Both the position numbers and the translations under genes were made by a program. The notes under the pieces were generated by a model. It was not told the origin of the DNA. It was given only the letters and a program-made list of their open reading frames with translations, and searched no databases. This document shows positions 22,236 through 32,539 of a DNA stretch of 64,000 bases, piece by piece. The stretch's first letter is position 1; the number at the start of each line of letters is the position of its first letter. Source of the stretch: Minisyncoccota bacterium (GTDB lineage Bacteria; Patescibacteriota; Minisyncoccia; Phycocordibacterales; JACRKE01); contig JBAZWG010000001.1 in assembly GCA_041660505.1 (NCBI GenBank), positions 375,183 to 439,182 on the forward strand. The letters run 5' to 3'.

Positions 22236-22309
22236 CGGGCTGTAGTATACCGGTAGTACGTGCGATTCGGGTTCGTAAAGACCGGGTTCGATTCCCGGCA
22301 GCCCGACCA
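22236..22309 (+). tRNA. tRNA-Pro(CGG), CCA encoded
   Basis: Anticodon arm tgcga-TT CGG GT-tcgta; ends CAGCCCGACCA. Confidence 0.93.
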
Positions 22310-22312
22310 GGA

Positions 22313-22822
22313 TTAATGCCGAAACCCAATCTGCGGTTTTGGGCTCTCCTCTTCTTCCAGAAAACGCTTGAGCGCTTCGAACACAACGCGGAAGTTTTTG
22401 TCATATTTGGCCTCCATCGCTTCGATCTTTTCTTTCAGCTCGCGATAGCTCATGAGCATTTCGCGAAGCTGGGTGAACGTGCGAATGATCTGGATGTTAA
22501 CTTGCACGGCCCTCTTGCTTTTGAGCACCGAGGATAGCATGGCAACTCCTTGCTCGGTGAATGCATAGGGCAGGTATTTTCTGTGCTGGCCTTGCCCTTT
22601 CTTTAAGGTCACAATTTGTGATCTTAGACGTTCGTCCTCAAACTTCGATATCTGAAACATAAAATCTGCGGGAAATCTCTCAGAATTTCGTTTAACCGCT
22701 TGAGTGAGAGCTCGTATTTCCACTCCATACAATGCCGCTAAGTCACGATCAAGCATTACTTTATGGCCACGAAGTACAAAGATAGTTCTAACAATTCTTT
22801 CCGTGGGAATAAGCTTGAGCAT
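22313..22822 (-). CDS. ORF6N-domain DNA-binding protein
   Basis: LRGHKVMLDRDLAALYGV..QAVKRNSERFPADFMFQ..PYAFTEQGVAMLSSVL; likely start ATG 22822. Confidence 0.9.
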   Translation of the reverse strand: MLKLIPTERIVRTIFVLRGHKVMLDRDLAALYGVEIRALTQAVKRNSERFPADFMFQISKFEDERLRSQIVTLKKGQGQHRKYLPYAFTEQGVAMLSSVLKSKRAVQVNIQIIRTFTQLREMLMSYRELKEKIEAMEAKYDKNFRVVFEALKRFLEEEESPKPQIGFRH

Positions 22823-22823
22823 G

Positions 22824-24635
22824 TTATTTTTTCTCCTCTTCCACCTCATCCGGAATAAATCCGCCGGCTTGGAGCTTCCAGAGTTTCTTATACAAGCCTT
22901 GGCGTTTGCGAGTGAGTGACTCATGCGTGCCGTCTTCTACTATTTTACCATCGTCCATCACGATTATTCTGTCCATTTTTCGGATGGTGGAGAGGCGGTG
23001 AGCTATCACTATCGTCGTGTGGCCCTTCATTAGTTTATCTAGTGCGTCTTGAATGAGCATTTCAGAATGTGAGTCTAGTGATGACGTCGCTTCATCAAGC
23101 ACGAGTATCGGTGCGTTCTTCAACATCGCTCGGGCGATAGCCACGCGCTGGCGCTCCCCACCAGAGAGCTTGATACCGCGCTCACCCACAAAGGTGTCAT
23201 AACCGTCTGGTAATGCCGAAATAAATTCGTGGCAATGCGCCATCTTGGCCGCTTCATAAACTTCCTCATCGGTCGCATTCTGCTTGCCGTATCTGATATT
23301 CTCCATAAGTGTGCGGTGGAAGAGTATCGGGTCTTGCGGCACGAGGCTCACCGCGTTGCGCAGACTGTCTTGAGTCACTTTCTCGATATTCTGTCCGTCT
23401 ATCAAAATTTCTCCGCTTGTGACGTTGTAGAATCTAAAGAGTAATTTAACGAGAGTAGACTTCCCCGCTCCTGAAGGCCCGACGAGTGCCACCCTCTCCC
23501 CGGGCTTTATGGTGATATTAATATGGTCGAGCACCGATCGATTCTCGTGATAAAAGAAGACGGTGTCATTAAACTCTATTTTACCTTCATGTACTTTGAG
23601 ACCTTTCGCGTGAGGTGCGTCTTTTATCTCATGCGGTGTGTTGAGTATCCCCACCATTTCTTGAGCATCGGCGATAGAGTGATACGTCGCACGGATAGCT
23701 CGGCCGAAATTCCAGGTGTTATTGGTTACGCGCTGGAAATATGTTTGGGCCAGAATAAATGTGCCGATCGTAATAGAGCCGGTCTGCCAATATTTGATGC
23801 CATAGTAGAAAAGGAAGAATTCTATAATAAGAATCAGCCCTGATTGTACGGCCTCAATAACAGAGTCGATGTTCCAAGTAAAACGTGAAATATTGCACCA
23901 AGACTGATTGATTTTCTTAAACAAACCGAGCTCGAACAACGAACCGGAGAAGCTCTGGATAGTAGTATGGTTGGTGATAGCGTCGGCGAGCGATGCTGTG
24001 ACCTCCGAATCTTTTGCTGATTTCTCGGTATCGTATTTTATTTTTAAGAATGACGCCGAGAGTTGCATCAGCATTATGGCGAGAACACCTATACCGACCA
24101 CCGAGGCGAGCACCGTGTTGAAGTACCAGATACCGGTAAGCGTGCCGACTATCTGGATAAAGAGAGACAGGAAATCCCAAACTATGCGGTCGCCTACGTT
24201 GTCGTAAGAGTTGGCATAACGGTTAACTCTCTGTACCAACGACCCGGCAAAGTTGTCTGAGAAAAATCCGTAAGAGTGGTGCATTAAATACTCGAAGGCT
24301 TCATTACGCAAGTCGCGCATGACCCCGGATTGGAAATATACTTGGAGAAAGGTCGCTGTGCGCCAACCGAGCCAAGAAATAAGGTTTAGCCCCAATATAG
24401 TGAACACGATAGCCATGAGCTGTCCGACAAGATTCGGTTCCGATACCGATTTAGTTAGCAAATCAACAAACTCCTTGTAATACAGCACTATTACGAGGTT
24501 CACGATGTACGCTATTGTTGAAGCGGTGACTATACCCAGAGCCCACCATTTGCGTCGCATCGTCGCGCGCCAGTATCGGCTCAAAACCTGCCGGACGGTT
24601 GCTGTCGGCTTTTTATTTTTATCCGATTTTTCCAT
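22824..24635 (-). CDS. ABC exporter, fused permease/ATPase
   Basis: TM domain plus GPSGAGKST, LSGGERQR, ILVLDEATS, IAHRLST. Confidence 0.95.
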   Translation of the reverse strand: MEKSDKNKKPTATVRQVLSRYWRATMRRKWWALGIVTASTIAYIVNLVIVLYYKEFVDLLTKSVSEPNLVGQLMAIVFTILGLNLISWLGWRTATFLQVYFQSGVMRDLRNEAFEYLMHHSYGFFSDNFAGSLVQRVNRYANSYDNVGDRIVWDFLSLFIQIVGTLTGIWYFNTVLASVVGIGVLAIMLMQLSASFLKIKYDTEKSAKDSEVTASLADAITNHTTIQSFSGSLFELGLFKKINQSWCNISRFTWNIDSVIEAVQSGLILIIEFFLFYYGIKYWQTGSITIGTFILAQTYFQRVTNNTWNFGRAIRATYHSIADAQEMVGILNTPHEIKDAPHAKGLKVHEGKIEFNDTVFFYHENRSVLDHINITIKPGERVALVGPSGAGKSTLVKLLFRFYNVTSGEILIDGQNIEKVTQDSLRNAVSLVPQDPILFHRTLMENIRYGKQNATDEEVYEAAKMAHCHEFISALPDGYDTFVGERGIKLSGGERQRVAIARAMLKNAPILVLDEATSSLDSHSEMLIQDALDKLMKGHTTIVIAHRLSTIRKMDRIIVMDDGKIVEDGTHESLTRKRQGLYKKLWKLQAGGFIPDEVEEEKK

Positions 24636-24657
24636 CGGAATATTATACTACGAAATT

Positions 24658-25530
24658 CTATCTCTCGTCACGTTCGTTATCGAAGATGAAAAGTAGTTTT
24701 TCTACTTCTGATTGTTCATTACCGGAGAGGGCTGTCGATTTTCGTGTAACATACGCCGCCAGGTCGTCTATGTGCGCGGAGGTAAATACTTCCAGCCCAT
24801 CTTTGTTATCAATAAGTTCATCTATGAGTCTGTGTTCAAATTTTTGTGCCGCTACTAAAATTTGTGCCAATTCAGGCGCTCTCGTTATCGGCCCGCGCAG
24901 GCGCACAATACGGATAATCTCGCAGAATGCCGCCGCCATCTCCCCCGCGCAATAGTATCTATCGTATGATTTGCGCTTCGTCCAGCGCACGATCTCTCTG
25001 AATGCTTTTTCTATTTCATCTTTTGTCACCGGTATCCGTTCCTTAGTCTCCAAGGGAGGCAGGTTGGGGAATCTGGTGTGCGCATGGGAGCGCGAGCCGG
25101 ACTCGGATGCTGCTATTCTTACAACATCCAGATCAGCGGTTAGTGGCTTTTTATATTGCGCTTGAATATTCGCGTATGAAACTAGGGGCGGAGTGATAGC
25201 GTTCTCCTCGACTTCCCGCCGACTAGGAGGTCCGCCAGTGAGGCGGGAGCTATCCCAGAGCAGGGCGAGCGCCACCATATGCTTGCACACTTCCCCACCC
25301 ACATACGGGCAATCACAAAGGTGCATCAGCTTGCCGGCGACGAATTGCAATTTAACTTTATAAGGCTTGGAGCCGAGAGCTAGACCATCAGCCTTGGTAT
25401 CAGAATATTCACGCAAGCGAACAGACCCCTTCTCAATACACGACTCCCCGCGGAGCCACACCTCTTCATAGGTAATCGGTAACAACATGTGGGCAACTGA
25501 TTTGGAGCTCATGTGGCTAGTATAGTACAC
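24658..25530 (-). CDS. SWIM zinc-finger protein
   Basis: CDCP....VCKH SWIM motif; true start may be a few codons downstream. Confidence 0.8.
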   Translation of the reverse strand: MYYTSHMSSKSVAHMLLPITYEEVWLRGESCIEKGSVRLREYSDTKADGLALGSKPYKVKLQFVAGKLMHLCDCPYVGGEVCKHMVALALLWDSSRLTGGPPSRREVEENAITPPLVSYANIQAQYKKPLTADLDVVRIAASESGSRSHAHTRFPNLPPLETKERIPVTKDEIEKAFREIVRWTKRKSYDRYYCAGEMAAAFCEIIRIVRLRGPITRAPELAQILVAAQKFEHRLIDELIDNKDGLEVFTSAHIDDLAAYVTRKSTALSGNEQSEVEKLLFIFDNERDER

Positions 25531-25560
25531 TGTATTTACTTATCAACTTAATAGAAAAAT

Positions 25561-26841
25561 ATGATTGAAGGATTCAGTAAGTGGCTAGCGGGGTTAACCG
25601 TAGCGGCCAGCGCGCCATTCACAGCACAAGTATCACAGCCTTTAATGCCGCCGCCCACAGACGGTACGCTCCCCCCGCCGATGAATGAGCCCTTGCCTCC
25701 TAGGGATTCAACAGATGGTGGCGCCTTTATGCCGAACTCTCCCGACGGCGGGCAAAACTTCCAAATGCAACAGCCATTCCAAGGAACACAACAGTTCCAA
25801 CCAATGCAACCAGATCAATCTTTTCAACCTTCCCAGCCGAGACAGCCGATGATGCCTCAAGGTGGCTTCGATGACAGGTCCGGGAATCAAGGATTCCCCG
25901 GTGAACAATTTAATAATCAAGGCGGGCAAGGAGGACAAGGAGGAAATGAACGACAGATGCAGCCAAATCGACCTAAACCCAATATGGCACAAGCCTTCAA
26001 AGGCCCGGAGCAGATGATCAAACAGATGGAGACCAAAATAAAGAGCCTAAAAGCGAAGAATGTCTCCATCCCTGCCAACATCGAGCAGACAATATCGGAA
26101 GTTAAAGTTCTTATTGCTTCAGCAAAGGAGAGTTCTTCTAATGAAGATTCGGATCCGAGTGATGCAATGTCTGATGTTCAAGATAAAATGCAGGATCTGC
26201 AAGATGTGTTCCCTCAATTACAGATGCTCGGCGAGTGGCCAAGAATAGAGAAGCAAGCGACCAAACAGCTCGCCATGATGAAGAAGGAATTCGAACGCTC
26301 CAAGAAACAGGCGCTTAAGTCAAAAATCGACGTGAGCTCGATAGTGGCCAGAGTGGAGACGAGCTTAGCGGAAATAGAAAAGAGTATAGCCGACGCCAAG
26401 GCACAGGCCTCTGCGGGGAATATCGAGGATGCCATGGATTCCCTCCGCGATAGCGTCTTCGAAGCTTCCGATGATTTGCGTGACCAGTTCAGAATACTCG
26501 AGAGTATGGGTAATGTTGGCAGAATTTATACTCGCATATCTAAGGATATCGCTTCGTTCGAGAAGGAGGTGAAAAGATTGGCGAAGCAAAAAGATCCGGA
26601 GACCGGCGAGCTTCGCGACGTCAGCAAGCTTAATGAGCTTGTTGTGGAAGCCAAGAATTTCGTCGCCGATATTAAATCCAAGATAGATTCCAAGGCGGAG
26701 CCAGAAGAGATCTTCGATGCCTTGTCAGATGGCGAATCGCTCCAGAATGATATTATGGAAGAAATGTCGCACGTAAAGGGCCAAGACACCGCCATCGACA
26801 AGATGTTCAATCCGGCCTCCGGTTCACAGGGTAAGTTCTAG
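25561..26841 (+). CDS. Secreted protein with a Pro/Gln/Gly/Met low-complexity N-terminus and helical-bundle repeats
   Basis: Signal-like N-terminus, QPFQGTQQFQPMQ tract, three helical segments each ending in an 'EDA.D...D' pattern. Confidence 0.75.
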   Translation: MIEGFSKWLAGLTVAASAPFTAQVSQPLMPPPTDGTLPPPMNEPLPPRDSTDGGAFMPNSPDGGQNFQMQQPFQGTQQFQPMQPDQSFQPSQPRQPMMPQGGFDDRSGNQGFPGEQFNNQGGQGGQGGNERQMQPNRPKPNMAQAFKGPEQMIKQMETKIKSLKAKNVSIPANIEQTISEVKVLIASAKESSSNEDSDPSDAMSDVQDKMQDLQDVFPQLQMLGEWPRIEKQATKQLAMMKKEFERSKKQALKSKIDVSSIVARVETSLAEIEKSIADAKAQASAGNIEDAMDSLRDSVFEASDDLRDQFRILESMGNVGRIYTRISKDIASFEKEVKRLAKQKDPETGELRDVSKLNELVVEAKNFVADIKSKIDSKAEPEEIFDALSDGESLQNDIMEEMSHVKGQDTAIDKMFNPASGSQGKF

Positions 26842-26861
26842 ATAATCAATACTTGAACGAC

Positions 26862-26898
26862 AAAAAACCGTTCCGGCAAAGTGCCGGAACGGTTTTTT
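26862..26898. terminator. Bidirectional intrinsic terminator
   Basis: aaaaaaccgttccggca-aag-tgccggaacggtttttt. Confidence 0.85.
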
Positions 26899-27078
26899 AA
26901 TGTCTTATGTTTATTCTAACGCGCGAAAATCAGCTACGCAACCTCGACAGAACGCTTGCGGACAAGCTTATGCGCAATGCCTTCTATCATCTCCAGCATG
27001 CGCTGTTTTAGAACCTCATTTTCAGAGTTCACCAAGCCCTCTTGCATGTGTTCTTGTGCCATACGTATGCTTTAATAA

Positions 27079-27324
27079 TTAGTTTTTATTGTCTTGTATA
27101 AGCTTCTCCCACTCTTTGTCCTCCTCGGCCTGATACTGCGCCACCTTTTTCTCCAAAAGCTGTGAAAATTCAACCACATCGGAATACGGGAGCTTGGTCA
27201 GCACGTCTTTCATGAGTTCTAGCTCGCTCTGATTCAAGAAATCGAGCGCCTCCATCCACAATTTCTTGTAGTTTTCCGAAAGCGGGCTGCCTCCGATTAA
27301 TTTTTCTACATCTTGTCGCAACAT
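27079..27324 (-). CDS. Small hypothetical protein
   Basis: 81-aa helical ORF with a TACAAT -10-like element just upstream. Confidence 0.55.
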   Translation of the reverse strand: MLRQDVEKLIGGSPLSENYKKLWMEALDFLNQSELELMKDVLTKLPYSDVVEFSQLLEKKVAQYQAEEDKEWEKLIQDNKN

Positions 27325-27409
27325 GATTGTGAATTGTACGCGCCTAAAAATAAATACGCAAGGAAGTTACTCACAAAATGACAGTCCAGCACACGACCGC
27401 AGAACAATC

Positions 27410-27488
27410 AACCTCACCCCTCCCCCTCTCCGAAAGAGAGGGGTTAAGAAATTCGTTCCCTCCCCTTCGGGGAGGGCTAGGGTGAGGT
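27410..27488. repeat. Short palindromic repeat, family C (CCTCACCCC..CCTCTCC..GAGAGGGG)
   Basis: Nested inverted repeats; related copies lie in frame in pcrA (61898-61983) and uvrC (12278-12312). Confidence 0.75.
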
Positions 27489-27492
27489 GGTC

Positions 27493-28071
27493 TTACAATC
27501 TTTTCTTCGTCTGTCGAACGATAAGCTGTTCGATAAACACAAAGGCGAAGATAGCGATGAGGAAAATATAGCCCGCATTGCGCAGATACTGCTCGCCATC
27601 AGGTAGCCACGAGCCGGCACCGTAGCCTAATCCACCCACGATCAGCATCCAGACGAAGGTGGCGATGATATCGGCACGGAGCAATTCCGGATATGGTATC
27701 TTGAGCGATCCGGCGCGGAGGAGAATCGCATGGTGAAAGCCGTAAGCGAATTTAGAGAAGAAAATAGTATGAAAAGGACGCTCTTTAATATGATTATCAA
27801 AAGGGTGGGTCACCTTGCTCACCCATTTATTAAGCCTGTTGCCGGTCGCGTTGCGAATCCCCTTGCCGAATGAGTACCACACCGCATCGCCGAAGAGCAT
27901 GCAGATGAAGACGGTCATCGCCAAGTTGCCGAGATCGAGATAGCCCAAGCTTGCCACAAAGGCAGCGGTAAAGAGCACGATATCGCCCTCTACAAACATC
28001 CCCACACCCACAATAAAGTAAGCGATAGCCGGCGAAAGAGTAAGATATTGTAATAAAGTCAGATCACCCAT
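27493..28071 (-). CDS. DedA/VTT-family membrane protein
   Basis: EGDIVLFTAAF, GDAVWYSFG, IFFSKFAYG..AG motifs. Confidence 0.85.
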   Translation of the reverse strand: MGDLTLLQYLTLSPAIAYFIVGVGMFVEGDIVLFTAAFVASLGYLDLGNLAMTVFICMLFGDAVWYSFGKGIRNATGNRLNKWVSKVTHPFDNHIKERPFHTIFFSKFAYGFHHAILLRAGSLKIPYPELLRADIIATFVWMLIVGGLGYGAGSWLPDGEQYLRNAGYIFLIAIFAFVFIEQLIVRQTKKRL

Positions 28072-28789
28072 AAGACACCCCTATTGTACCGCGTTTAGAA
28101 GCAAAAAGAGAAGCTTTCTGTCCACAGAGCGCACCCGAAGCTCGGCGTCTGGGAGTGCGACGCCGAGCTTCTTTTGGCGCGAACGAGACATATTCTTTCA
28201 TGAGAGAAGGAAAGTAAACCCCACCGCAACCTCCGTTGGTAAACGGCAGGGCGAGGAGAGAGCCCCGACTCGGCAGTACCGGTCGGGATAAATTCCTTCT
28301 CTCGTGAAAAGGCGCGTCGTGGAAAGGTGAGCGCGGGAAAAGGTTGAACCTTTTGAATCCCTAAGGTTCAACCTTGAGGAGCGCTTTCTTTATCCAAGAC
28401 CCGCCCATGCATAGAAACTTCATTTTGAACCCGCGACAGAATGTCGTGAACTCAAAAATGGGGGCGAGCAGAAGATGTGCGGTCTTCGTACTCGCCCGAG
28501 TGCCCCGTAACGTGGTGCCTCCGGTTGATTTTCTCGCGCGTGTCGCGCATTGGTAAATCAACGTAAAACAATTAACTGAATTTTAAGAAGTTTCAGTAAA
28601 CTCTCGAGCAACTAACGTGTGCTCTGGTCTAAACGCTCTCTTGAATATGCATTACCCATGCACGCCTCAAGATGAGAAGGGTTTCCCGGGGCCTTTCGGC
28701 CACCAAACCGTTTTTAATTACGATTCGGCACTTCGACGACTGCTCACTTTCCGTGAGTTTGTCGCCGGACTCGCCAAGGAAAGGCGAGT

Positions 28790-29098
28790 TTATTCTCGCT
28801 CTTTTGCCACGAAGGTCCCGTCCTTTTGGACGTGAACTTCGTAAGAGTAACCCCCTTCAGGGTTACCCCGCTGGGTCGCATAACCCAGCTCAAAAGAGAA
28901 CGCCTGACCCAGGACATCGTACAACTCCCGGGTCAGACGTCGAACATCCTCCAGCTTCGAACCAGAGGACATTCCTACGCCGTTCTCTCCGACTTTATAT
29001 CGGGAGAGAACCTCACTCAGCTTTTCGGCCTGAGCTTCCGAAATTGAGTGGTGGACGTCTGTCCACCATTCAATTTCTATATCGTAGTCTGTCGACAT
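28790..29098 (-). CDS. Orphan protein with a strong SD
   Basis: AAAGGAGGTGA-atcgag-ATG; 102 aa; hairpin after the stop. Confidence 0.65.
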   Translation of the reverse strand: MSTDYDIEIEWWTDVHHSISEAQAEKLSEVLSRYKVGENGVGMSSGSKLEDVRRLTRELYDVLGQAFSFELGYATQRGNPEGGYSYEVHVQKDGTFVAKERE

Positions 29099-29594
29099 CT
29101 CGATTCACCTCCTTTCTGCCGATTTTTGCCCTGACCGCCGTCATGGCGAGTCAAGTCGGGCGCGGAGTCTCGGCACCGCAGTGATTGCTCACTAATAAAC
29201 CCGCAATCTTTCGGTTACGAACTTATTAGTGAGGGTGTCCAGCAAGATTGTGCAATCTTGCTGGACACCCTGATGAGCTGGATTTCCGCCAGCTCGCCGG
29301 CGGCAAGGTCTTCCTCTGTGCGAGAGGCAGGTTCTTGCGTCCCTGGCCGTTTATAAATCAAAACGACAAAAACTTTAGAAGCATAAACCTCCATTTCTGC
29401 AGGCAAGGTCTCTCCTCCAAGCGGGAGGTGAGTCCTTGCCTACCATTTGCTCCTACCACGCCGGAGCGTTAAGCGGTTTTGTGTAGGCACTCGCCCATGC
29501 GGATGGCTACCGCATTTCCCTGTGGTCTCGCTCGCGCATTACTGCGGAGTTCCCCACTCACCTCCGGGAACGAAGGGGGCTCACCAGCCAGGTC

Positions 29595-30014
29595 TCAACG
29601 TGCGCACATCGCGCACTTGCCCTGGTAGCCTGTGAGGTGGTGGTCGGGGCAATAAATATTGCCATACTCCGACCCGCACCCACAGCTCGGGCTGTCATGA
29701 GACCAGCCGGTGGGGAGCTTCTGCCCGCTCGACCTGCCGCCTGCCGCTTTTTCATCAGCGGTTTCGACGTGGTCGAGGACGTGAGCAGGAAGCTCCACCT
29801 CCTCGAGGCTCGCGCGCTCGAAAGCACGTCGGCAATCCTCTTCCGAACAGCGGAAGTAGGTGCTGACGCTCTTCTTGAGCTCGGCCGTCTTCAGAGACAG
29901 CGCGAGCTTGAGCGCCGCCAAGGTCTTGAACACCTCGGCGTGCGTAGCCTCGAAGCTCTTGAGCGCGGCCGTTGCTTCGGCCACCTCGCCCAAGAGCTCT
30001 TCGATTTTCTTCAT
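29595..30014 (-). CDS. Orphan protein: N-terminal coiled coil and C-terminal Cys/His cluster
   Basis: AAAGGAGGTGA SD; GC-rich; CGC...CPDH...CAMC putative zinc site. Confidence 0.65.
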   Translation of the reverse strand: MKKIEELLGEVAEATAALKSFEATHAEVFKTLAALKLALSLKTAELKKSVSTYFRCSEEDCRRAFERASLEEVELPAHVLDHVETADEKAAGGRSSGQKLPTGWSHDSPSCGCGSEYGNIYCPDHHLTGYQGKCAMCAR

Positions 30015-30131
30015 CATTCACCTCCTTTCGTGAAGATGCCATTTTTTCGGAACTAACGTGTCCGGGGCTCTGAACGCCTTTCTTTTTTCGATCGCGAAAA
30101 GAAAAGTAAAAAACGATCGGACGTTGCGGCC

Positions 30132-30755
30132 CTACCTCGTGGGGGTGGTCATCCTCACGAGGTAGTCGAGGTACTCCTCCGCCTTTGCGAGGCGAACGAG
30201 CACCTCTGCCCTACCGTTCACCCAGTCGACCCTTGCGGGCTCCTGGGTGAGTCGGTAGAGCACCCAGACGTCCCCGTCAAAGAGGATGGCCGCGGGGTTG
30301 AGCTTCTGCTCCAACCCCCGGATCCGCTCCTCGATCCGGAAGACGCGGCGCCGGAGCGCTTCGCCTTCCCGAATGGCTACCGCCTGTTCGGCGGTGAAGC
30401 GCGGGGGCAGGGCAATGCCCCACACCCGTGCCTCTGCCTCCAGGCGGCGCGCCTCGCGGAGGTAATCCACGAGGGCGCCGCCCTGGACCTCCAGCGGCTC
30501 CTGCTCCCCCGTTTGGGGGTTCAGAATCCGCTGGAACCGGCTGTCGACCCGGCGGCAGTCCCGGTAGTAATACCGGGACTGCCACCCAGGGTGGGCGAGG
30601 TCTAGATACCCTCGCCCCGGGTCAGCGGCCAGGAGCGCCGACGTCCTGGCCGTGAGGAGGATGAAGAGCTGCCGGAGCAACCCCTCATACCTCCTCGGGA
30701 TCCGCCTTTCGGCGCGTTTGCGCGCCAGCGGATCGTTCACGTCGATGGGATTCAT
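30132..30755 (-). CDS. Orphan Arg-rich, GC-rich protein
   Basis: GAAAGGA 8 nt before ATG 30755; long open frame with GC3-biased codons. Confidence 0.65.
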   Translation of the reverse strand: MNPIDVNDPLARKRAERRIPRRYEGLLRQLFILLTARTSALLAADPGRGYLDLAHPGWQSRYYYRDCRRVDSRFQRILNPQTGEQEPLEVQGGALVDYLREARRLEAEARVWGIALPPRFTAEQAVAIREGEALRRRVFRIEERIRGLEQKLNPAAILFDGDVWVLYRLTQEPARVDWVNGRAEVLVRLAKAEEYLDYLVRMTTPTR

Positions 30756-30918
30756 AGTACCCATCCTTTCCAAGAGCACGTTGCTCCTGAATTTAATCGC
30801 GAAAAAATAATTTTGATTCGTGTGTAAATTCAGAAGCCCTTCAGCTTTTTTGCGGAAAGCGGAAGGGTTCGTGCGAATTATGATATGTGTGCCGTATCAA
30901 AATTCTAATTGTGCCCAA

Positions 30919-31125
30919 TCAGACGCCTGCATATCCGGGACTTTGGATGCTGGGGCAGGCCGCCGACTTGCCGGGGTAGATCGACCCGGCAGCGGCCGGG
31001 GAGTTTCCTGCGCGTTGGGCGCAGGTCTTCTCCCAGTAACTGGCCACGACCTCCTTGGTCGTGGCGATGGCCAATTTGACTTGATAGTCCAATATCCTTT
31101 TATCGAATAAATTTTCTGGTTTCAT
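30919..31125 (-). CDS. Possible small protein
   Basis: 68-aa ATG ORF co-oriented with its neighbours; no SD. Confidence 0.3.
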   Translation of the reverse strand: MKPENLFDKRILDYQVKLAIATTKEVVASYWEKTCAQRAGNSPAAAGSIYPGKSAACPSIQSPGYAGV

Positions 31126-31333
31126 ATATTTGTTATTTATTATTCTAATTCTTCCTTGTTCTCACCACAAGTTTTACTTGCGATGAGAATCAGGAGGAGG
31201 AGCGAGGATACTGTGCAGTATTTCGCTCCCCTCGTGAGTGCTTGTCCCCGTGCAGGGGACCTTTTTTGTGCTCGTTTCTTTTTTCCGAAAAAAGAAACGA
31301 TGCCGAAAGAAAAACTATTTAAGTTTGCGGGGG

Positions 31334-31666
31334 TTAGGCCCGCTTCAGCCCCTTGCAGCCGACGGGCTGGCCGTCGGCGCCCCTGACCAAGTCGCCCGGG
31401 GCGAACACGTCGCCCCGCCCGGCGACTGTCGGGTGAGCGGCCACCAGGCCGCTCACCACGTAACCCACCCCCTCCTCGGGGGCCGGGAGGCCAGTCACCT
31501 CCCCGTAGGAGGCACGGCAGGTGGGGAAGCCTGCCACCTCCTTGTCCGCCACGAAGGTGGCGGCGGTCCGGGCAACCTGCCCGGACGGGTCGATGGACCC
31601 GACCTGGGCGTTCCCGCCCAGGTCTAAAATGTTGATCCGGTGCGGGGTGAGGTTGACGAGACGCAT
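31334..31666 (-). CDS. Small 'NLTPH'-motif protein of unknown function
   Basis: MRLVNLTPH..PSGQVAR..GLPAPEEGVGYVVS..GRGDV.APGDLVR..G..GC, a pattern I recall from uncharacterised phage/bacterial proteins; SD GGAGGAAAGGA. Confidence 0.75.
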   Translation of the reverse strand: MRLVNLTPHRINILDLGGNAQVGSIDPSGQVARTAATFVADKEVAGFPTCRASYGEVTGLPAPEEGVGYVVSGLVAAHPTVAGRGDVFAPGDLVRGADGQPVGCKGLKRA

Positions 31667-32539
31667 AATGCGTCCTTTCCTCCGATTTATGCCTCGGAGC
31701 ACGGCTTTGGATTCAAGACCACGTTGGGCCCTGAAATTTTCACTCGAATTTTCAAGTGGAAATTTCAGGGTAAAGGATATTTATAAGAACATTCTTCCGT
31801 GAACGTTTTCCTCACGACTAAAAACACAAGGTCGGTGTCCGAGGTCTCACCTCTGGCCTGTCTGCTTATTGCAGACTTGGGTTGGCCTGAGGAGAGACCT
31901 CGGACGCGCAAACATTTTGCGTTCTTGGTCGTGAGGCTGAACATATGTTCAGCCTCCTTCTTTCCCTGTCGAACAACGCCTTGGCTATTTGCCTCGGACT
32001 TACTCGCTCGCAGGGTATTCTGTTGTCAAATAACCCGGTCGTTCTGTTGCATGCTATTACCCATACAACTTCAGATTCTCTTCGTTACTCCCCGCCTGCC
32101 ATCGCCTGAAGCTCAGGCTTTGGCGGGCAGGTCTCCTCAAAAGTTCTCTCCTCTTTTGGATTAACGATGCCGTTTGGTTCTCTCCTCACTTCTATCAGTG
32201 AGTGTCGGGGACGGAAGTTGGATGTCCTTCTGTCCCGACGCACTCATTGCTAGCGCATATACTGAATGTATCATTGCCTCCGCTTCTCTCTTTCTTAACC
32301 CTACTTGCCGGTTAGGGCGACCGTCCGGGGCTTTGGTATTGGCATACCTCGCCTTGTCCGGATCAGAGTTGAACGGTGTTACATTCTGTCGTATATGACC
32401 CTTGCGGGATTTTTGTAAAGACCTAATGCTTCCCTCTCCTCCTTGTCCGCCGGTGAGGCGGGTTATCTTATATAGAGAGAAGATTGTGTCCGACTTGCTG
32501 TCCGCTCCAATCTTCTATCTGTATTTTTTAACTGGCATA

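Noticed and set aside
21253-22309. attL/attR duplication around the SIMPL gene
   Set aside because: Both copies are complete tRNA-Pro genes with different anticodons, and no integrase is adjacent.
26930-27062. Possible ribosomal-protein-sized ORF on the minus strand (MAQEHMQEG...)
   Set aside because: About 42 aa and matches no ribosomal protein I recognise; too short to support.
28100-32500. Integron cassette array or CRISPR array
   Set aside because: No regularly spaced direct repeats and no cas genes. The GTT-containing motifs do not form attC hairpins, and the only tyrosine recombinase looks like ordinary XerC/D about 8 kb away.
28100-32500. Group I or group II intron
   Set aside because: I could not find a domain V/VI or P7-type core, and no interrupted host gene is evident.
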